A stretch of DNA of 64,000 nucleotides, from assembly GCF_009914755.1 (NCBI RefSeq), contig NC_060933.1, one strand, 5' to 3'. Origin of the DNA: the human T2T-CHM13v2.0 reference genome, Homo sapiens. Position numbers and translations under genes: made by a program. Positions 27,299 through 42,123 of this stretch are shown here, piece after piece. Within the stretch, counting starts at the first letter, position 1. Every line of letters begins with the position of its first letter. Below the pieces are notes generated by a model. The model was given only the letters and a program-made list of their open reading frames with translations. It was not told where the DNA came from and did not search any database.

Positions 27299-28879
27299 GA
27301 CACGTGGTATATCATTGTACATGCCATGTATTGTCCATTTACTAGTCCTTTATTGATGGATATTTTATTAGATTGTTTCCAATTTTTTACTGTCATCTAC
27401 AGTGCTACAGTGATCAGCTTTAGAGCTAAACTGTAGCACATATCTCTGATTATTTCTTTATAATAAATTTTTAGAAATGGGGCTGCCGGTCCAAGGATGT
27501 ATAATTACCATTTATAAAGATTTCTCCCATATGGACTCCTACCTGTATTATACGGGAGTGCTGCTTTCTCTATAAGCTTTTCTGCATAGGATATAAGTTT
27601 TTTTTATATGTGTCTTCATATTTGTTTTGGAAAACATTGTTGACCATTGTAACTAAATTTCTGATTCTTTCATTTATGTAGTAAATGTGAACTGTGTGCA
27701 AATGCTAACATAATAAGCATTATTGATGATTTGGTTGCAGTTATCTGAGGATAAACTATATGATGCATTGAAATAAATGTGAAAATAGAAGGAAATCTCA
27801 AATGTTTATTATGAGGTTTTGTACTAGAAATTTACATTTACTTTCTATTAGTATGGACTTGCGGAGTTGCAAGGAGGAGTGCTCAGATATCTTCTAGACT
27901 CAAGTTAGACATTTAGGCACATTTCTCAGGGATTCCAGGCTAGAGTATGTCTGTTTCAGTCATTATGTTGGAGAGCACTTCCTCAGCCTCGTGTGCCCTG
28001 TCCATTCATCTGTGGCTACACTTAGGTTTCTGAGGGCTGAAACTAAGAAATCACTGTGGAGAAATGTGTACTCTTTATTTCTGTGTGAAGTTTTTGCCCA
28101 GTTTTGCCTTTTTCACCTCCTGGAGATTAGGCTGCACAGAATCAAAGGGAACTTCCGAATGTCCTTTTCTCTTTCTTAAAGCTTAAAACCAGAGCCAACC
28201 TAGATGGAAACAGCCAACATCTGGTTGCTCCTCTTTCCCTCTCACTGGACTTTGTCAGCTCCAGCCCCAAACTGTTCTAGCAGCCAAAAGCCCACTACGT
28301 AATTGTGAGGATTAAAGAGAGTGAAGGAGAAATGACAGCTTTTAAAATCTCTTTAATTCTAATATTAGGCCTGGGAGCCTTCTTCAAACAATATTATGGG
28401 AGTTTCATGATTGTACACTTGGCTGTGTTGGATGAATCAGATGCCAAATGAGCACCCTATGTAGCAAGGCTTGTTAAACTCTGGAAATGGTGTTGATTAA
28501 TGTAGAAAGTAGAGTGATTGCCATGTAAGTTTAATTCTAATGATACGTATCCAGCCTAGTGCTGAAAATGGATGGTGGTCCAATGTCCAGTTCATCACTG
28601 GAAAATTACCCTAAGCTAAAGAGTTAATGTAACAGAATGTAATCTTAATACTGATGCCAAGAGAAGACATTTTAGTGCTTACCCATTGCCAAATACTGTG
28701 CCAAGTCTTTTTATAAACATCTTCACAGTAACTTTGTAAGGTTGTTATTAGTATTACCTTTCATGTTACAGATGTGGAGACTGAGGGTCACATAGCTACT
28801 TAGTGGCATGGGCAAAGTTTGACCTAGATTTCTCTGATTCCAAAACATCTGTCAAGTAGAACCATGCTAAATGCAAGCA

Positions 28880-29230
28880 CTTTTGGTAAATAGCTTTATT
28901 GAGATAAAATTTATATATAATACAGTTCAGCCATTTTAATCGTGCATTTCAATTGTTTTTCCACAGAGTTGTACAATCATCACCACAAATAAGTTTGGGA
29001 CATTTTCATCATCCCCAAAAGGAACTCTGCATTCCTTAGCTACTGCCTTCCCAATCCTTCATCTCTCTTTACCCGAGCCCTACACAACCAATAATCTACT
29101 TTTAGTTTCTATAAATTTGACTGTTTTGGACATTTTATGTAAATGGAATCATACAGTATGTGGTATTTTGTGACTGGCTTATTTCACATAGCATAATGTT
29201 TTCAAGGTTCATGCACGTTGTAGTATGTTA
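28880..29230 (-). mobile_element. L1MB-like 3' fragment
   Basis: agctttattgagataaaattt...ttttcaaggttcatgc. Confidence 0.75.
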
Positions 29231-29849
29231 AGTCTAAATTCTTATAATGCTGCTATTATTTTCTTTGAGAACCTACAGGAAGCTGTTTAGTCCATCTGCT
29301 CAGATTTTTTTTTTTTTTTTAGATTCATGCAGTATTGTTTTCCTGGTGTGTGTTTATGGATTGTGTAGTTACCACCAGCCATATATTTAGTTGGTGTGAC
29401 AAGAATAGTTGTTAATTCCTGGATTATGCTTTGGGGAAGGAGGGGCGATAATCATTCTTGGCAATAAGAGTACATAAGATATCCTTGGAATTATATTAGG
29501 TTTTCCATGTAGAAGAGTTTTGGCTTTATATTGTAAAATAAGAACAGCTATAGTAAACTTCCAAGTTTCCCTGTAAAACGAAATTTAAGTGAGTGAATAG
29601 AAAAAACATAAATGTCAGTTCTTATGAAAGAATGATCACTTTGCCAAATGTCTTTAAAAGAGAAGACAATAATTTTAGATGTCTTGTGAAAATAAAGTTT
29701 TCATGTAAGGTATAGGGTGAAGAGCAAAATAAAATTAATTTTAATTATAGAAAAATGATTAAGGATCAAATTCATAAACTGAGTATATTTCATTTAAAGT
29801 GTGACTCAAGTATTCTATGTATATGACAGGAAAGTCAGAAATTATGGGG

Positions 29850-30461
29850 TGTAGGAGGTAAGGGAAAACTTTCTCTCTGCTCTCTGAAGGTTTGCCGAAA
29901 ATCACTGACAAAAAGGAGATTAATAGGTGCATACAAATTTATTTGATCATAGTTTTACATGGTATGGAATCCTTCAGATGAAGATCCAGAGATACAGGAG
30001 AAACAGTCTGTATGCTTAGCTTCAAGAAAGTATGGGCGGCCATGTAGAAATATGACTGGACAAAATGGGCATGATTTGACGCTAATAGACTGAGTGGGGA
30101 AACGCAGCAAGGCCTGTCCAGTTAAATTCTTCTTGGTCTCTCTAAGCATGCATTCCCTCCTTCTGGGTCTGGGTCAGGACCCTCTCTGGAATAGAGTTCT
30201 CATGGCCTACAGTCAATAACGTAGGTCAGGTAGTTTCTTTATGGCCAGTTTTTACACAGAAAGGTGGTGGGGAGGGTTAGAGTAATATTTTTAGATTTTA
30301 TTGCTGGCTTTGGGGGAAAGGGTTCTGGTTTCCATGGGATTCTAGTTTCTGTGGCTAGCCTCTTGGAAGATGGAAGGGTCAGAGACAAGAGGGTAAGCTA
30401 AGGTCAGAGAGAGCTGCTTCTGAGATCTTCATTTTGGGGTATCATTTTCTGAAACCTGTAA
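29850..30461 (-). mobile_element. Solo ERV1 LTR, MER39-type
   Basis: Reverse complement begins ..cagaaaatgataccccaaaatgaaga.., as in MER39. Possible 4-bp GGGG TSD at 29846-29849 and 30462-30465. Confidence 0.8.
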
Positions 30462-33399
30462 GGGGAAGAAAAGAAGGTTAAAAATCACTATAAACCACAG
30501 GGTTAACCACGGTGTATGTATAATGAGAAAGGAATCATGCCGTACACATTCTTTTGCAACTTGTTTTTTTCAGCCAGCAGTTTACCAGGGGCACTATGTC
30601 ATGTTGATAATCCACTTTTGACATCTAATTGAATGAAGACATGGCTGTACTGTAGTTTATGAATTTCCTGTTGTGGGATACTTAAGTCGCTTCTATTATT
30701 ATTATTATTATTTTAATAAATCACACTGTGATAAATGTTTTTGTATCTTTATCTTTGCAAGTGTCTTTATTATTGGGTAGATTTGCATTTCTGGTGAAAT
30801 GGACAATTAGGTTTGAAAAGAATTGAGAAAAAAGAGGCATTACTTCTCTGTACTCTCAGTTCATAATAGGCAAGCAGTTTAAACAGAAGGTGCTTTGTTT
30901 TTAATTTGGAAAAAATATATAAAAAAGGATTTTATTAATGGCCAAGCCAATATACTTTTCCAGTACCTCCTTCACTTCTCTTGAGTGAAAAGAGCCATGA
31001 AAAGCTTTCCATATAGACATCTCCCTCCTTTCCTAGACTCCAGGACCCTCTACTTTCTTGGTTCTCCTACTTTGCTAACATTTCTTCTTGGTGCCCTTTG
31101 TTTCCTCTTGTTTTTAAATATATTTTCCACAGCATGTGGACTCTTTTGGAAATCAACCATCTATCCTCTCCTTTCCCCCAACAGTTACTGTCTGCTTCTT
31201 GAAACTTTTTCTGGTTTTTTTTTTCTGTTTTTTAAACTATTGTTATATTATAGATGTTTTTCTGGGGTATTCTAATATAGTCAGTCAACCTTAATGTTGA
31301 CTTCTAGGAATAACTTAACCAACATTAATAGCTCACTTACACTTGTGGAGTTTTTACATATAGTTTTAATTTTGAACTCTTTATTATTTGCTTAGGACAG
31401 CTTTGGTTTTGCTGTACTCTCAAGAGATTTGGGTCCAAAGGGTTAGCATCTTTAATTTGCAGTGAAAAAAATCATTAACGTCATGGTTTACAAACTCGTG
31501 TACATGGGGTATTTGAAGACTTTCTAAGGGATAGGCAGCCATGTTAGTTTTAGTAACTACATGTCCAGATCTTCAACTTCACTATGTACTCTTCCCTGAC
31601 ATTTATCTGCCTTAGATTAAACTGTTTCTCCTTTCCCAGCTATCCTTTCATAATTGCCTCCTTTCTACTCTGCAAAAAGAAGGCCTATCTCTACTTGTAA
31701 ATCTTTCTTAGTTCATTGCTCTCAGGTATAAAAATTTCAGGGCATTGAACAAAGAGACACTTCAAAATATTGATTTTTGGGGAAGCATTTTTTATCAAGG
31801 AACCATCTTGCTCTTCTACTGAGACCACACCATTTCTGATTTTTTAAACCTTTTATGTTTGGTGATTACTTTCCAATATTTGTAATATTTATGTTTTGAT
31901 TAATTGTATATTAGCAATAATCATAACAATGATGCAACTCAAAATTTAAAAAAACTCTTAGTCTTATGGTCATAAGAAATAAAAATAATTTTAATTTATA
32001 AAGTTATTTTTGTTATAGAGGCATATGAGAGGTGACCAATAGCAGACTCTGAACCATTAAATATATTAGAATAAAATTATGAAGCATAACTGTAATAGAA
32101 ATACAATTTCTTTTTCAAAAACATTGTATTATTTTATTTTTATTTTTTTATTTTTATAGATTTAGGAGGTACAAGTGCAGGATTGTCACATGACAGAAAT
32201 ACACTGTCGAGGAAGAAAATCTATACAATTTTGGAGTGTTAGAGGCATTTTTTATGTGGATTTTATGAAATGGATGATGGTAGATATAAATTGCTATGGC
32301 ATTTTATCTAATTGTATAAACTTAGTAGAATGTTATAGCAATTTTATTTTAAAATGGAAGTATTTACCATATGTTAGAAAATAAATCTTTTGCAGTCTTT
32401 ATACTTCTTAAATGCCAATTTACATGATTTTTCAAAACTTTTTAGGAGTTGCATGAGCAAAAAGTATTTAAAGACTCCTACCTTCAGTTATGCTTTAAAC
32501 TTGATTTTCTTTTATCATATATGATTTAATTGGCACAATTTAAATTGGTATAATTGGAAATTAAAAAGACACAACAGAGCATCTGGTACATAATTGCTCT
32601 TTAATATTATTTCCTCCAGGAACTCCTTTCTGATCTCTGCTCTCTTCCTTAACCAGGTAATTTCCCCCTCTATATCTAGTATGAAACTTCTGCAGTTTCT
32701 CTTAACACAAGGTTTTGTAATGCATGTTTATGTATCAGTCTCTACTACCTGATGCTAAGGTCCTCGAAGATAGAAAGTATGTTTTAGCAACTGACCTCCT
32801 CCTGCAAAGCGTCCAGCTTAGTACCTGGTACATAGCAGTTGCTCAGTTCACATTTCTTGAACTGAACAATAAAGAAGATAAATAATTAGTCTTATGAAAA
32901 TATTAGATAACCTTAAGTTGGTTTAAGTGTCAGGGTTTGTCTTGTCTATCTCTAGTGAAAACTTATTCCTTTGCATATTTTGTAGGAATAATTTCAAAAG
33001 TTACCACCTTCAAATAAAGTTGAAAACCATGAAAGAGTTTTGGTTTTTTTTTTTTCGTGGGGTAGGGGGGTGTTATTATTTAGATCCATTGGTATATTAA
33101 AATTTTTTTCCATCTAGCGTCTTTATCTGTAAAGAAAGGGATTAGAAAATATGATGTCCCTGTTTCTAAAACCAGATATCTGCATAAATGTTCTGACTTT
33201 TATCTTCATGCCTCTTTTAAGTGGAAGAGCAGTGCGGAAGGTTAAACTTTGGAATTCATTGTGAATTTGACTGCTTTATGGCAGCAACACATCAGAATTC
33301 CTGATATTGGAACAATTCAAGTCAAATCCAGGGCTTATTGCTGTCACATTTCTAATTTCCTACCCGTTTTGAAATTTTAAAGTAAATTCACTAATAAAG

Positions 33400-33580
33400 T
33401 CTAATATCTGGTAACTGAAAGTATGGTTTTATAACTAGCAGCTTCTGTGTCACCTGGCAGCTTGAAACGAGAATCTCAGGCTCTACTCTAGACCTACTGA
33501 GTTAGAATCTGTAGTGTGATGAGATCCTTTCACCACAGGGTATTCAAGTGTACATTAAAGTTAAAGAAGCATTGGTCTAA
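33400..33580. mobile_element. MER5-type hAT-Charlie element
   Basis: gaatctcaggctctactctagacctactgagttagaatct...cattaaagttaaagaagcattg. Confidence 0.7.
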
Positions 33581-33625
33581 TCTAATTGCTAAGCTGTATC
33601 CAGTTAATAATCACATAGTCTAGTT

Positions 33626-33847
33626 CAGGAGTTGGCAAACCATGGCTGACTCTTCCAATCCAGCCCACTACCTTTTTTTGTAAGTAAAGTTTTATTGGAG
33701 CACAACCATGCTCATTTGTTTATGTATTGTCCATGGCTGCTTTCTTGCTACAGTGGTAGAACTGAGTAGTTGTAATAGTGACCATGTGGCCCTTGAAACC
33801 TAAAATATTAATTCTCTGGCCCTTGACAGAAAATGTGCCCTGCCCTG
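33626..33847 (+). mobile_element. MER58A (hAT-Charlie)
   Basis: caggagttggcaaac...taaagttttattggagcaca...ccctg; CTAG-containing target on both sides. Confidence 0.85.
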
Positions 33848-36417
33848 TCCTAGCTGGTGATAGGTCAGTTACCACCATGTATTTATAAATTTGTTTTGAG
33901 ATGAGTGCTTTTTTATGCCAAGCACTGTGCTAGATGCTGCTTTTGTTTGGGTGGAAAAATCTTGTTTATCCTTGTTTAAACCTTGCTTTGGGGGAACCAT
34001 TTTTGTTGTGAATCACTAGCTTTCTAGCACTGAAGAGCAAAGTAATTCCTAAGAAGTTTTACTAAAAAGTTTCCTTTTTCTTTGTTGAACTTGTAGATTA
34101 TAGGTTTTGTCTTTAGTCTTGATTTTCCTAAGAAGGAACTTGTTTGTTTCTATGAAAAGGGACCACAGGCATGTTTGTTCCTTGTTATTAGGGAGTTGTA
34201 GTTAGTTGTGTGAGCCACTCAGGCTTAAAAGACTGATTTTCCCTATTGTTTATCCATGAAGAATTCATCAGTTCTGTTATCCCCAGATCTGTGGATACAT
34301 AGGGTGGGGGTGGGAGGATAGAAGAATCATTTTCATTGAACGTGTAATCAGGTTATGTTTCAGGAACTCTCAACATTGGTTACTTAGAAATGCATTCGTG
34401 GAATTCTATCTTTGTAAAGTGGACTAAACTCAAGAGGTATTCCTAAAAACTTTATCTTTGAAGTTTAAAGTTTTTCTCTAAAGTGGTCTTAGTGTTTCTG
34501 AATTGACTGCCTAATTCATCAATTTTTTTGATACACAGCATATTGATTCTTAAATATGAAATGACAGTAAACTGTATTTCTCAGTCTCTTTCTACAGTAC
34601 ACTTACAGCCTCTTTAGCCCTTTTTAACATTTAGATGGATGATATTTTTATTCTTTTTGCTAGTAAATACTCAATTTGCTTTACTTTTAATTTTGTATCT
34701 GTTGAACAACTTCCCAGTAGTTCGATTTATTGAGTTTTAAGCTATGTTGATTTAATTTCTGTTATTTTCCTTTATTATCTTGGAGTCTAACCTCTATTAG
34801 AAAAGAGGAAGGAGTGGCCATTAGAAAAAAATTTCCTCTGATTATTGTGGGAGAATAAAGCACTAATCATTTTCTTGTCAAGGAATTTTTTGACATATTC
34901 TTCCTATGAATTTGCTAGTTCATCCTGGAAGAATGTCCACCAAAAAATAGATAACTCATACAGACAGAATCTAGCAAAACTGAAAAGTGAATGTCCCTAT
35001 AGGGAGTTCTTTGTGTCATTCTTTCTGTTCCTGCAGAGAAATCAATGGAATTTGCATTGGAAGATACTGTTCCTTGTGGAAGTATCCTAGGCACCTGTAA
35101 TTTCTCACTAGGGGGAATAAAAAAGAAACCTAACGTCTCTGGCTGTTGAGTAGTGAGTCTCTTGGGTGGCTTCATAGTCTAGATCAATCTGTTTAATAAA
35201 TGTCTCTGTTTTTACTTGTGTCACACAATTCTAAACCTGTTCTATTCAGATATTAGAATTATAAGTATGTACTACAAAGTGCCAAATAGTTTTTCAGAAA
35301 TACAGAATAATTTAAAAAGTCTCTGTTACACCTCTTTTGGAAATGTCATGGTGATGTTACGGGTTGTTAATATGAGAGTAGCTTTACTACAAGTCCAAAT
35401 ATTTTTGATTCTCTAAGGCATAGTTTGGGATTTAGATATGTTCATCTATATTCTTTGCCATGAACAGGACAAAAGTTGTTCAACTATGTTAGAAAATCAT
35501 CAGAATTACTGTCATTTAGATTATAAGTGAGTTTTAAAAAGGTACCTCAATATCTATATCTGTTTGTTTCTTTTTTCCCTACAATGCTGCCTTGATAATA
35601 AACTAGTCTCAGACATTAAAAGGCTGTGAAATTGCTTAAATAAACCTGTGCTAGTCATTTTTTAAAATACTTAACAACCCCTAACCCTATATTATTAGGA
35701 TAAGAAAGAATGTTATTTTTCTCATTGTTTCTGCTCCATTGATTGTGTCTCTTCAAAATCTCTCTTATCCCGTTATTGTGTTTTGGTAACAGAAGCATCC
35801 TGTTTTATGAATTGTGTGTGCTGAATTAGCTTAAGAGGGCTTCACTGCGTGATGATGACTTGAGTCCTTTAATTGTGAAGGCAGTTTCTTTTGCCTTCAT
35901 TATGAAAAGGGCAAATAAGGCAGTTTTCATAGCCTAAAGGTTTTTTATAAAGCTTTCCTCTGTTGGAGTAAAGAATCAGGACAAAAGGAGTAGGCTGTTC
36001 TCAGGAATTTCTAGAAATAGCTTTTGAAAGTAAAATTAGGAGATAGCTCTCTGTTCCTCTGCAAAAGAACAAAGTCATTTTTACAGCACAGGAATTAGAA
36101 GGAAAGGCTCTGATTCTTCTGAGGTTCACTATTTTTTTTTCTGTTGGTTATAACAACAATAACTATATTTTTCAGTGTATAAAGTAGGTGTACAGTTGTC
36201 TCCATATGGGCTTTACTGGTAACCTTGTGCTGTACATAGAGCAGGTGTTACTAGTATTATTTCCATTTTGCAGCTGGGGAAAGAGTTTGAGGGAAATTAA
36301 TGACTTCACCATAGTCACACAGCTACCAAATCAGAGACCTGGATTTCTGACTTTAAAACGTGCTCTTCCCAGCCTACCACACTGCATAAGGTCTTCTTTA
36401 ATCTGTACTGTTTAGTG

Positions 36418-36487
36418 TTGGTAAGATTCTTGTGGAAGAATAACATGGGAAATTGGTAAGATTCTTGCGGAAGAATGACATGGGAAA
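36418..36487. repeat. 35-bp tandem duplication (2 copies, 2 mismatches)
   Basis: ttggtaagattcttgYggaagaatRacatgggaaa occurs twice. Confidence 0.95.
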
Positions 36488-37279
36488 AGTATCATTCTCC
36501 CCCAGCAACAAAGTATGCATAACATAAACACTTAGGCTGAGATGAATTCTTCAGTATCTTATAGACAGACTAAGCAGAACATTCTGAGTCATTCGTACAT
36601 AAATATTCGTATGCTATATGTGGATGATTTCTAGGTATTATCCCTCATGATTGATTGATTGATTACATGTTTTGCCCCTACTATTCAATGGTAGATTTAG
36701 CATTGTAGGCTGGCAGTTTCCTTAGCACTTTTTAAATTCCTAATCTAAAAACCACTGCATACCCATTGATTTGCATTTTTAATAATTCAACTAATTTTCA
36801 CAGAATTAAATTAATATTTATTTTAAGTTAAACTTGAATGTGCTTTACAAAGAATGGCAATAGACAGCTTTTTTTAATTTAAAAGGAAAAAATGTTATAT
36901 CTGGAAGAATGCAAGCATTAAACCATAAAAACTATAGTCTAACAAATTTAATTGAGTTATATGGTAAAAATTCTCATAGGAAAAGTTATTTCATCATTAT
37001 AATTTTACATTTATTTATTAAAACTTTCCCATATATAAGAAATAGTGGTTTAAAATGGTGATACATGGGTAAATAAAATGTATATATTCCTTTTCCTTAT
37101 TTTTCTAACATTAAATATGAATAATAGTTATTAAATAAATATGTCAAGGAACTAGCAGAAGAGATGAGACTGGAGGAATAGATGGAAGGCAGATCATGAA
37201 AAACCTTGAAAGCCATGTTAAGTGTTTTTTCCTTGTCTCTGAATAAGTAAATTGTTTTTTAATTTTTATCATTTTCAAT

Positions 37280-40200
37280 ATTTAAAATTAAAAAAATTTA
37301 GTTATGAGTACATAATAGTTGTATATATTTATGGGATACATGTGATGTTTTGATATAGTCAAACTGTGTAATGATCAAATCAGGATAACTGGGGTATCCA
37401 TCACCTCAAGCATTATCATTTATCTGTGTTTGAAACATTTCAATTATAGTCTCTTAGTTATTTGAAAATATAAAATAAATTATTGTTAACTGTTGTCACT
37501 CTATTCTATCAAATGCTAGCCCTTATTCTCACTGTATTTTTGTACCCATTAATCATTTCTGCTGTATTCCCCAGCTCCTTGCCACCCTTTGCAGCCTCTG
37601 TTAACCATCATTTTACCCCTATATTCTTTTTTTTTTTTTTTTTTAACACTTCCACATATGAGAACATGAAACATTTGTCTTTCTTTTCCTGGTTTATTTC
37701 ACTTACCATAATGTCCTCCAGTTCCATCTATGTTGTTGCAAATGATAGGATTTCATTCTTTTTTATGGTTAAATAATATTCCATTGTGTGTCTATACCAC
37801 ATTTTCTTTATTCATTCATCTGTTGATGGACACTTAGGTTGCTTCCAAATCTTGGCTATTGTGAATAGTGCTGCAGTAAACATGGGAATGCAGATATCTC
37901 TTTGATGTACTGATTTCCTTTCTTTTGGATATATTTATATATTCAGCAGTGGGACTGCTGGATCATATGGCAGTTCTATTTTTAATTTTTTTGAGAAAAC
38001 TCCATAGTCTTCTCCATAGTGGCTGTACTAATTTACATTCCTACCAACAGTGTACGAGGGTTCCCCTTTCTCCACATTCTCACCAGCATTCATTATTGCC
38101 CGTCATTTGGATAAAAAGCATTTTAACTGTGGTGAGATAATATCTCATTGTAGTTTTAATTTGCATTTCTCTGATGACGTTGAGCATTTTTCATGTACCT
38201 GCTAACCATTCATGTCTTCTATTGATAAATATCTATTCAGATGTTTTGCCCATTTTTTGAGTGGATTGTTAGATTATTTCTTATTGAGTTGTTTGAGCTC
38301 CATTTTTATTCTAGTTATTAATTCCTTGTCAAATTTATAGTTTGCAAATATTTTCTCTTATTCTGTGGGTTGTCTCCTCGCTTTGTTGATTGTTTCCTCT
38401 GCTGTGCAGAGCTTTTTAGTTTGATGTGTGATCCTGTTTGTCCATTTTTGCTTTGATTGTCTGTACTTTGGAGGTATTACTCAAGAAATCTTTGTCCAGA
38501 CTTATGTCCTAGAATGTTTCCCCAATGTTTTCTTATAGTAGTTTCATCCTTTCAGGTGTTAGATTTAAGTCTTTAATCCATTTTGATTTGATTTTTATGT
38601 ATGGTGAGAGATAGGGGTCAAGTTTCATTCTTCTGCATATGGTTATCCAGTTTTCCCAGACCCATTTATTGAAGACTGTCCTTTCCCAGTGTATGTTCTT
38701 GGCACCTTTGTCAAAAATGAGTTCACTGCAGATATGTGGATTTATTTCTGCATTCTCTATTCTGTTCTATTGGTCTATGTGTCTGTTTTTATGCCAATAC
38801 CATGCTGTTTTGGTTACTATAGCTCTAGTAGTATAACTTGAAATCAGATAATGTGATTCCTGCAATTTTGTTGTTTTTACTCAGGATGGTTTTCCTTATA
38901 CTGGGTCTTTATGTTTCTGTATAAATTTTAGCATTATGTTTTCTGTTTCTGTGAAGAATGTAATTGTTATTTTGATAGGGATTGCATTGAATCTATAGAT
39001 TGCTTTAAGTAATGTGGACATTTTAACAATATTGATTCTTCCAATTTATGAACATGGAATATCTTTCAATTTGTTTTTTCTGTGTGTCCTCTTCATTTTC
39101 CTTCATCAATGTTTCATAGTTTTCATTGTAGAGATCTCTCATTTCTTTGGTTAAGTTTATTCCTATGTATTTTATTTTATGTGTAGATATTGTAAATGGA
39201 ATTCCTTTCTTGGTTTCTTTTTCAGATTGTCCATTGTTGGCATATAGAAATGCTACTGATTTTTGAATGTTAATTTTGTATTCTGTGACTTTCCTGAGTT
39301 TAATGGTCCTAATTTTGTTTTGGTAGAGTCTCTAGGTTTTTCTAAATATGAGATCATATCATTTGGAAAGAAAAATAATTTTACTTATTTTTTTCCTATT
39401 GGGATGCCCTTTCTTTCTTTTGCTTGATTGCTGTAGCTAGGATTTTCTGTATTATGTTGAATAATGGTGAATGTGGGTATTCTTGTCTTGTTCCATATCT
39501 TAATGGAAAAACTTTCAGTTTTCCCCATTCAGTATTCTACTAGCTGTTGATCTGTCTTATATGGCTTTTATTGTGTTGAGGTATGTTCTTTCTATACCCA
39601 GTTTTTTTTTTTTTGAGTTTTTTTTTTTATCATGAAGTGATGTTGAATTTTATTGAGTTCTTTTTCAGCATCAGTTGAAATGATCATATGGTCTTTGTCC
39701 TTCATTCTGATATAACATATTGCATTGATTGATTTGCATATGTTGAACCATCCTTGCATCCCTGGGATGAATCCTACTTGATCACGAGAAACAATCTTTT
39801 TAATGTATTGTTGAATTTGTTGTGGTGGCATTTTGTTGACGTTTCACATCTATGTTTGTCAGAGATATTGGCCTGTAGTTCTCTTTTTTTTGTTGTATCT
39901 TTGTCTGGTTTTGGTATCAGGGTGATAATGGCCTCATAGAATGAATTTGGAAGTATTTCCTCCTCTTCTATTTTTTGGAATAATTTGAGTAGGATCGATA
40001 TTAGTTCTTCTTTAAATGTTTGGTAGAAATCAGCAATGAAGCCATCAGATTATTGGCTTTTATTGATGGGAAACTTTGTTATGGCTGCAATCTCACTACT
40101 TTTTATTGGCCGATTAAGGCTTTGGATTTCTTTTTTTCATTAAATCTTGGTAGGCCATATGTGTCTAAGAATTTATCTGTTTCTTCTGGGTTTTCCAATT

Positions 40201-40870
40201 TATTGTCGATAGTTGCTCATAATCTTCTCTAATGATCCTTTGAATTTTTGTGGTATTGTATTTTGTGAATGTTTTTTGTAATGTCCCCTTTTTCATCTCT
40301 GATTTTATTTATTTGAATGTTCTCTCTTTTTTTCTTAGTCTGGCCAAAGGTTTGTTGATTTTACTCATCTTTTCAAGAAACCAACTTTTCATTTCATTAA
40401 TCTTTTTGTTGCTTTTCAGTGTTCGTTTATTTCTGCTCTGATCTTTATTTCTTTTGTTCTACTAATTTTGGGTTTGATTTGCTCTTTTCTAGTTATTTAA
40501 GATGTATTGTTAGGTGGTTTGTTTGAAGTTTTTCTACTTTATTGATGTAAGCACTTTATTGGTATCAACTTTCCTCTTAGTACTGCTTTTGCTGTATCCC
40601 ATATGTTTTGGTATGTTTGTGTTCTTCATTTGTTTCAAGGAATTTTTCACTTTGCTTTTTAATTTCTTCATTGACTGGTCTTTCAGGAGCATGTTGTTTA
40701 ATTTCCATATGTTTGTATAGTTTCCAAAATTCTTCCTGTTACTGATTTCTAGTTTTATTCCATTGTGGTCAGGAAAGATACTTGATATGATTTCCATTTT
40801 TATAAATTTTTTTAGACTTGTTTTGTGGTCTATCATATAGTCTGTCCTTGAGAATATTTCATTTGCTCCT
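37280..40870 (-). mobile_element. L1MA-type element, about 3.6 kb (3'UTR and ORF2)
   Basis: ORF-track fragments [20 protein letters not shown] (reverse transcriptase) and IDHKTSLKKF..EIISSIFPDHNGIKLEI (endonuclease). Confidence 0.9.
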
Positions 40871-40881
40871 CAGCACTTTTA

Positions 40882-41240
<359 letters not shown>

Positions 41241-41559
41241 TATTATTCTCAATTGTTCCTTTGCAGGTAGTCTGTATTTTTTCCCTTTAACTTTGAAGAT
41301 TGTTGTTTTGTCTTTGGTGTTTAATGGTCATATTATAATGTATTTAGATATAAGCTTATTTGTATTACAAGTTAAGTTAGAGAATTAATGTCTTTTATTA
41401 ATTTTGGAAATTCTTAGCCATTACTTTTTTGACTAGTGTTTTTTTTTCTATTCTTTAAAAAAATTTATTTTGAAATTATTTAAACTTATGGAAAAGTTTA
41501 AAGCATATATATATAGAATGGAGTATTATATATATAATATATATATTATATATATATAT

Positions 41560-41925
41560 AAAAAGAAGTGAGCACTAACACATACTACAACATCGATGAA
41601 CCTTGGAAAAGGTACGATAACTGATAGAAGCTAGACACCAAAGAGCACATGTTATATTATTCTATTTATAGGAAATGCCTGGAATAGGCAAATTTATAGA
41701 GACAGAAAGTAGATTTGTGGTTGCCTAGATTTGAGGAGCTTAGGGGACAATCAAGAATGATGAATGATTATGAGTTTTTTTGGGAGGAGGTGATAAAAAT
41801 GTTCCAAACTTGAATGTGATGGTTGTGTGGCTTTGTAAGTATACCAAAAACCAGTGAATTGTACACTTTACATGAGGAATTGTATGGTAGTTGAATTATA
41901 TATCAAAAGAGCTGTTGTTAAAAGA
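41560..41925 (+). mobile_element. Old L1M 3' fragment, preceded by an imperfect (TA)n at about 41505-41560
   Basis: ataggcaaatttatagagacagaaagtagatt...gaattgtacactt. Confidence 0.7.
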
Positions 41926-42123
41926 GAAAATAGATCATTATTTCGTGTTTTTTCACCCTTCTTCCCCTAATATTAACATCTTGCTTATATAACTATAATA
42001 CAGTTATTGAAACTAGGAAATTAATATTGGTGCAGTGCTGTTAACTGAATTATGGACATGTGTGTTTAAAAATGTCCTTTTTCTGTTCCAGGATCCCATA
42101 TTGCATTTCGTTGTCACGTTTCT

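Noticed and set aside
35849-35935. C-box-like GTGATGA followed by two 8-bp hairpins (tgaaggca/tgccttca; tatgaaaa/ttttcata), considered as a C/D snoRNA
   Set aside because: There is no D box (CTGA) with a terminal stem at a suitable distance, and 8-bp stems are expected by chance in 64 kb.
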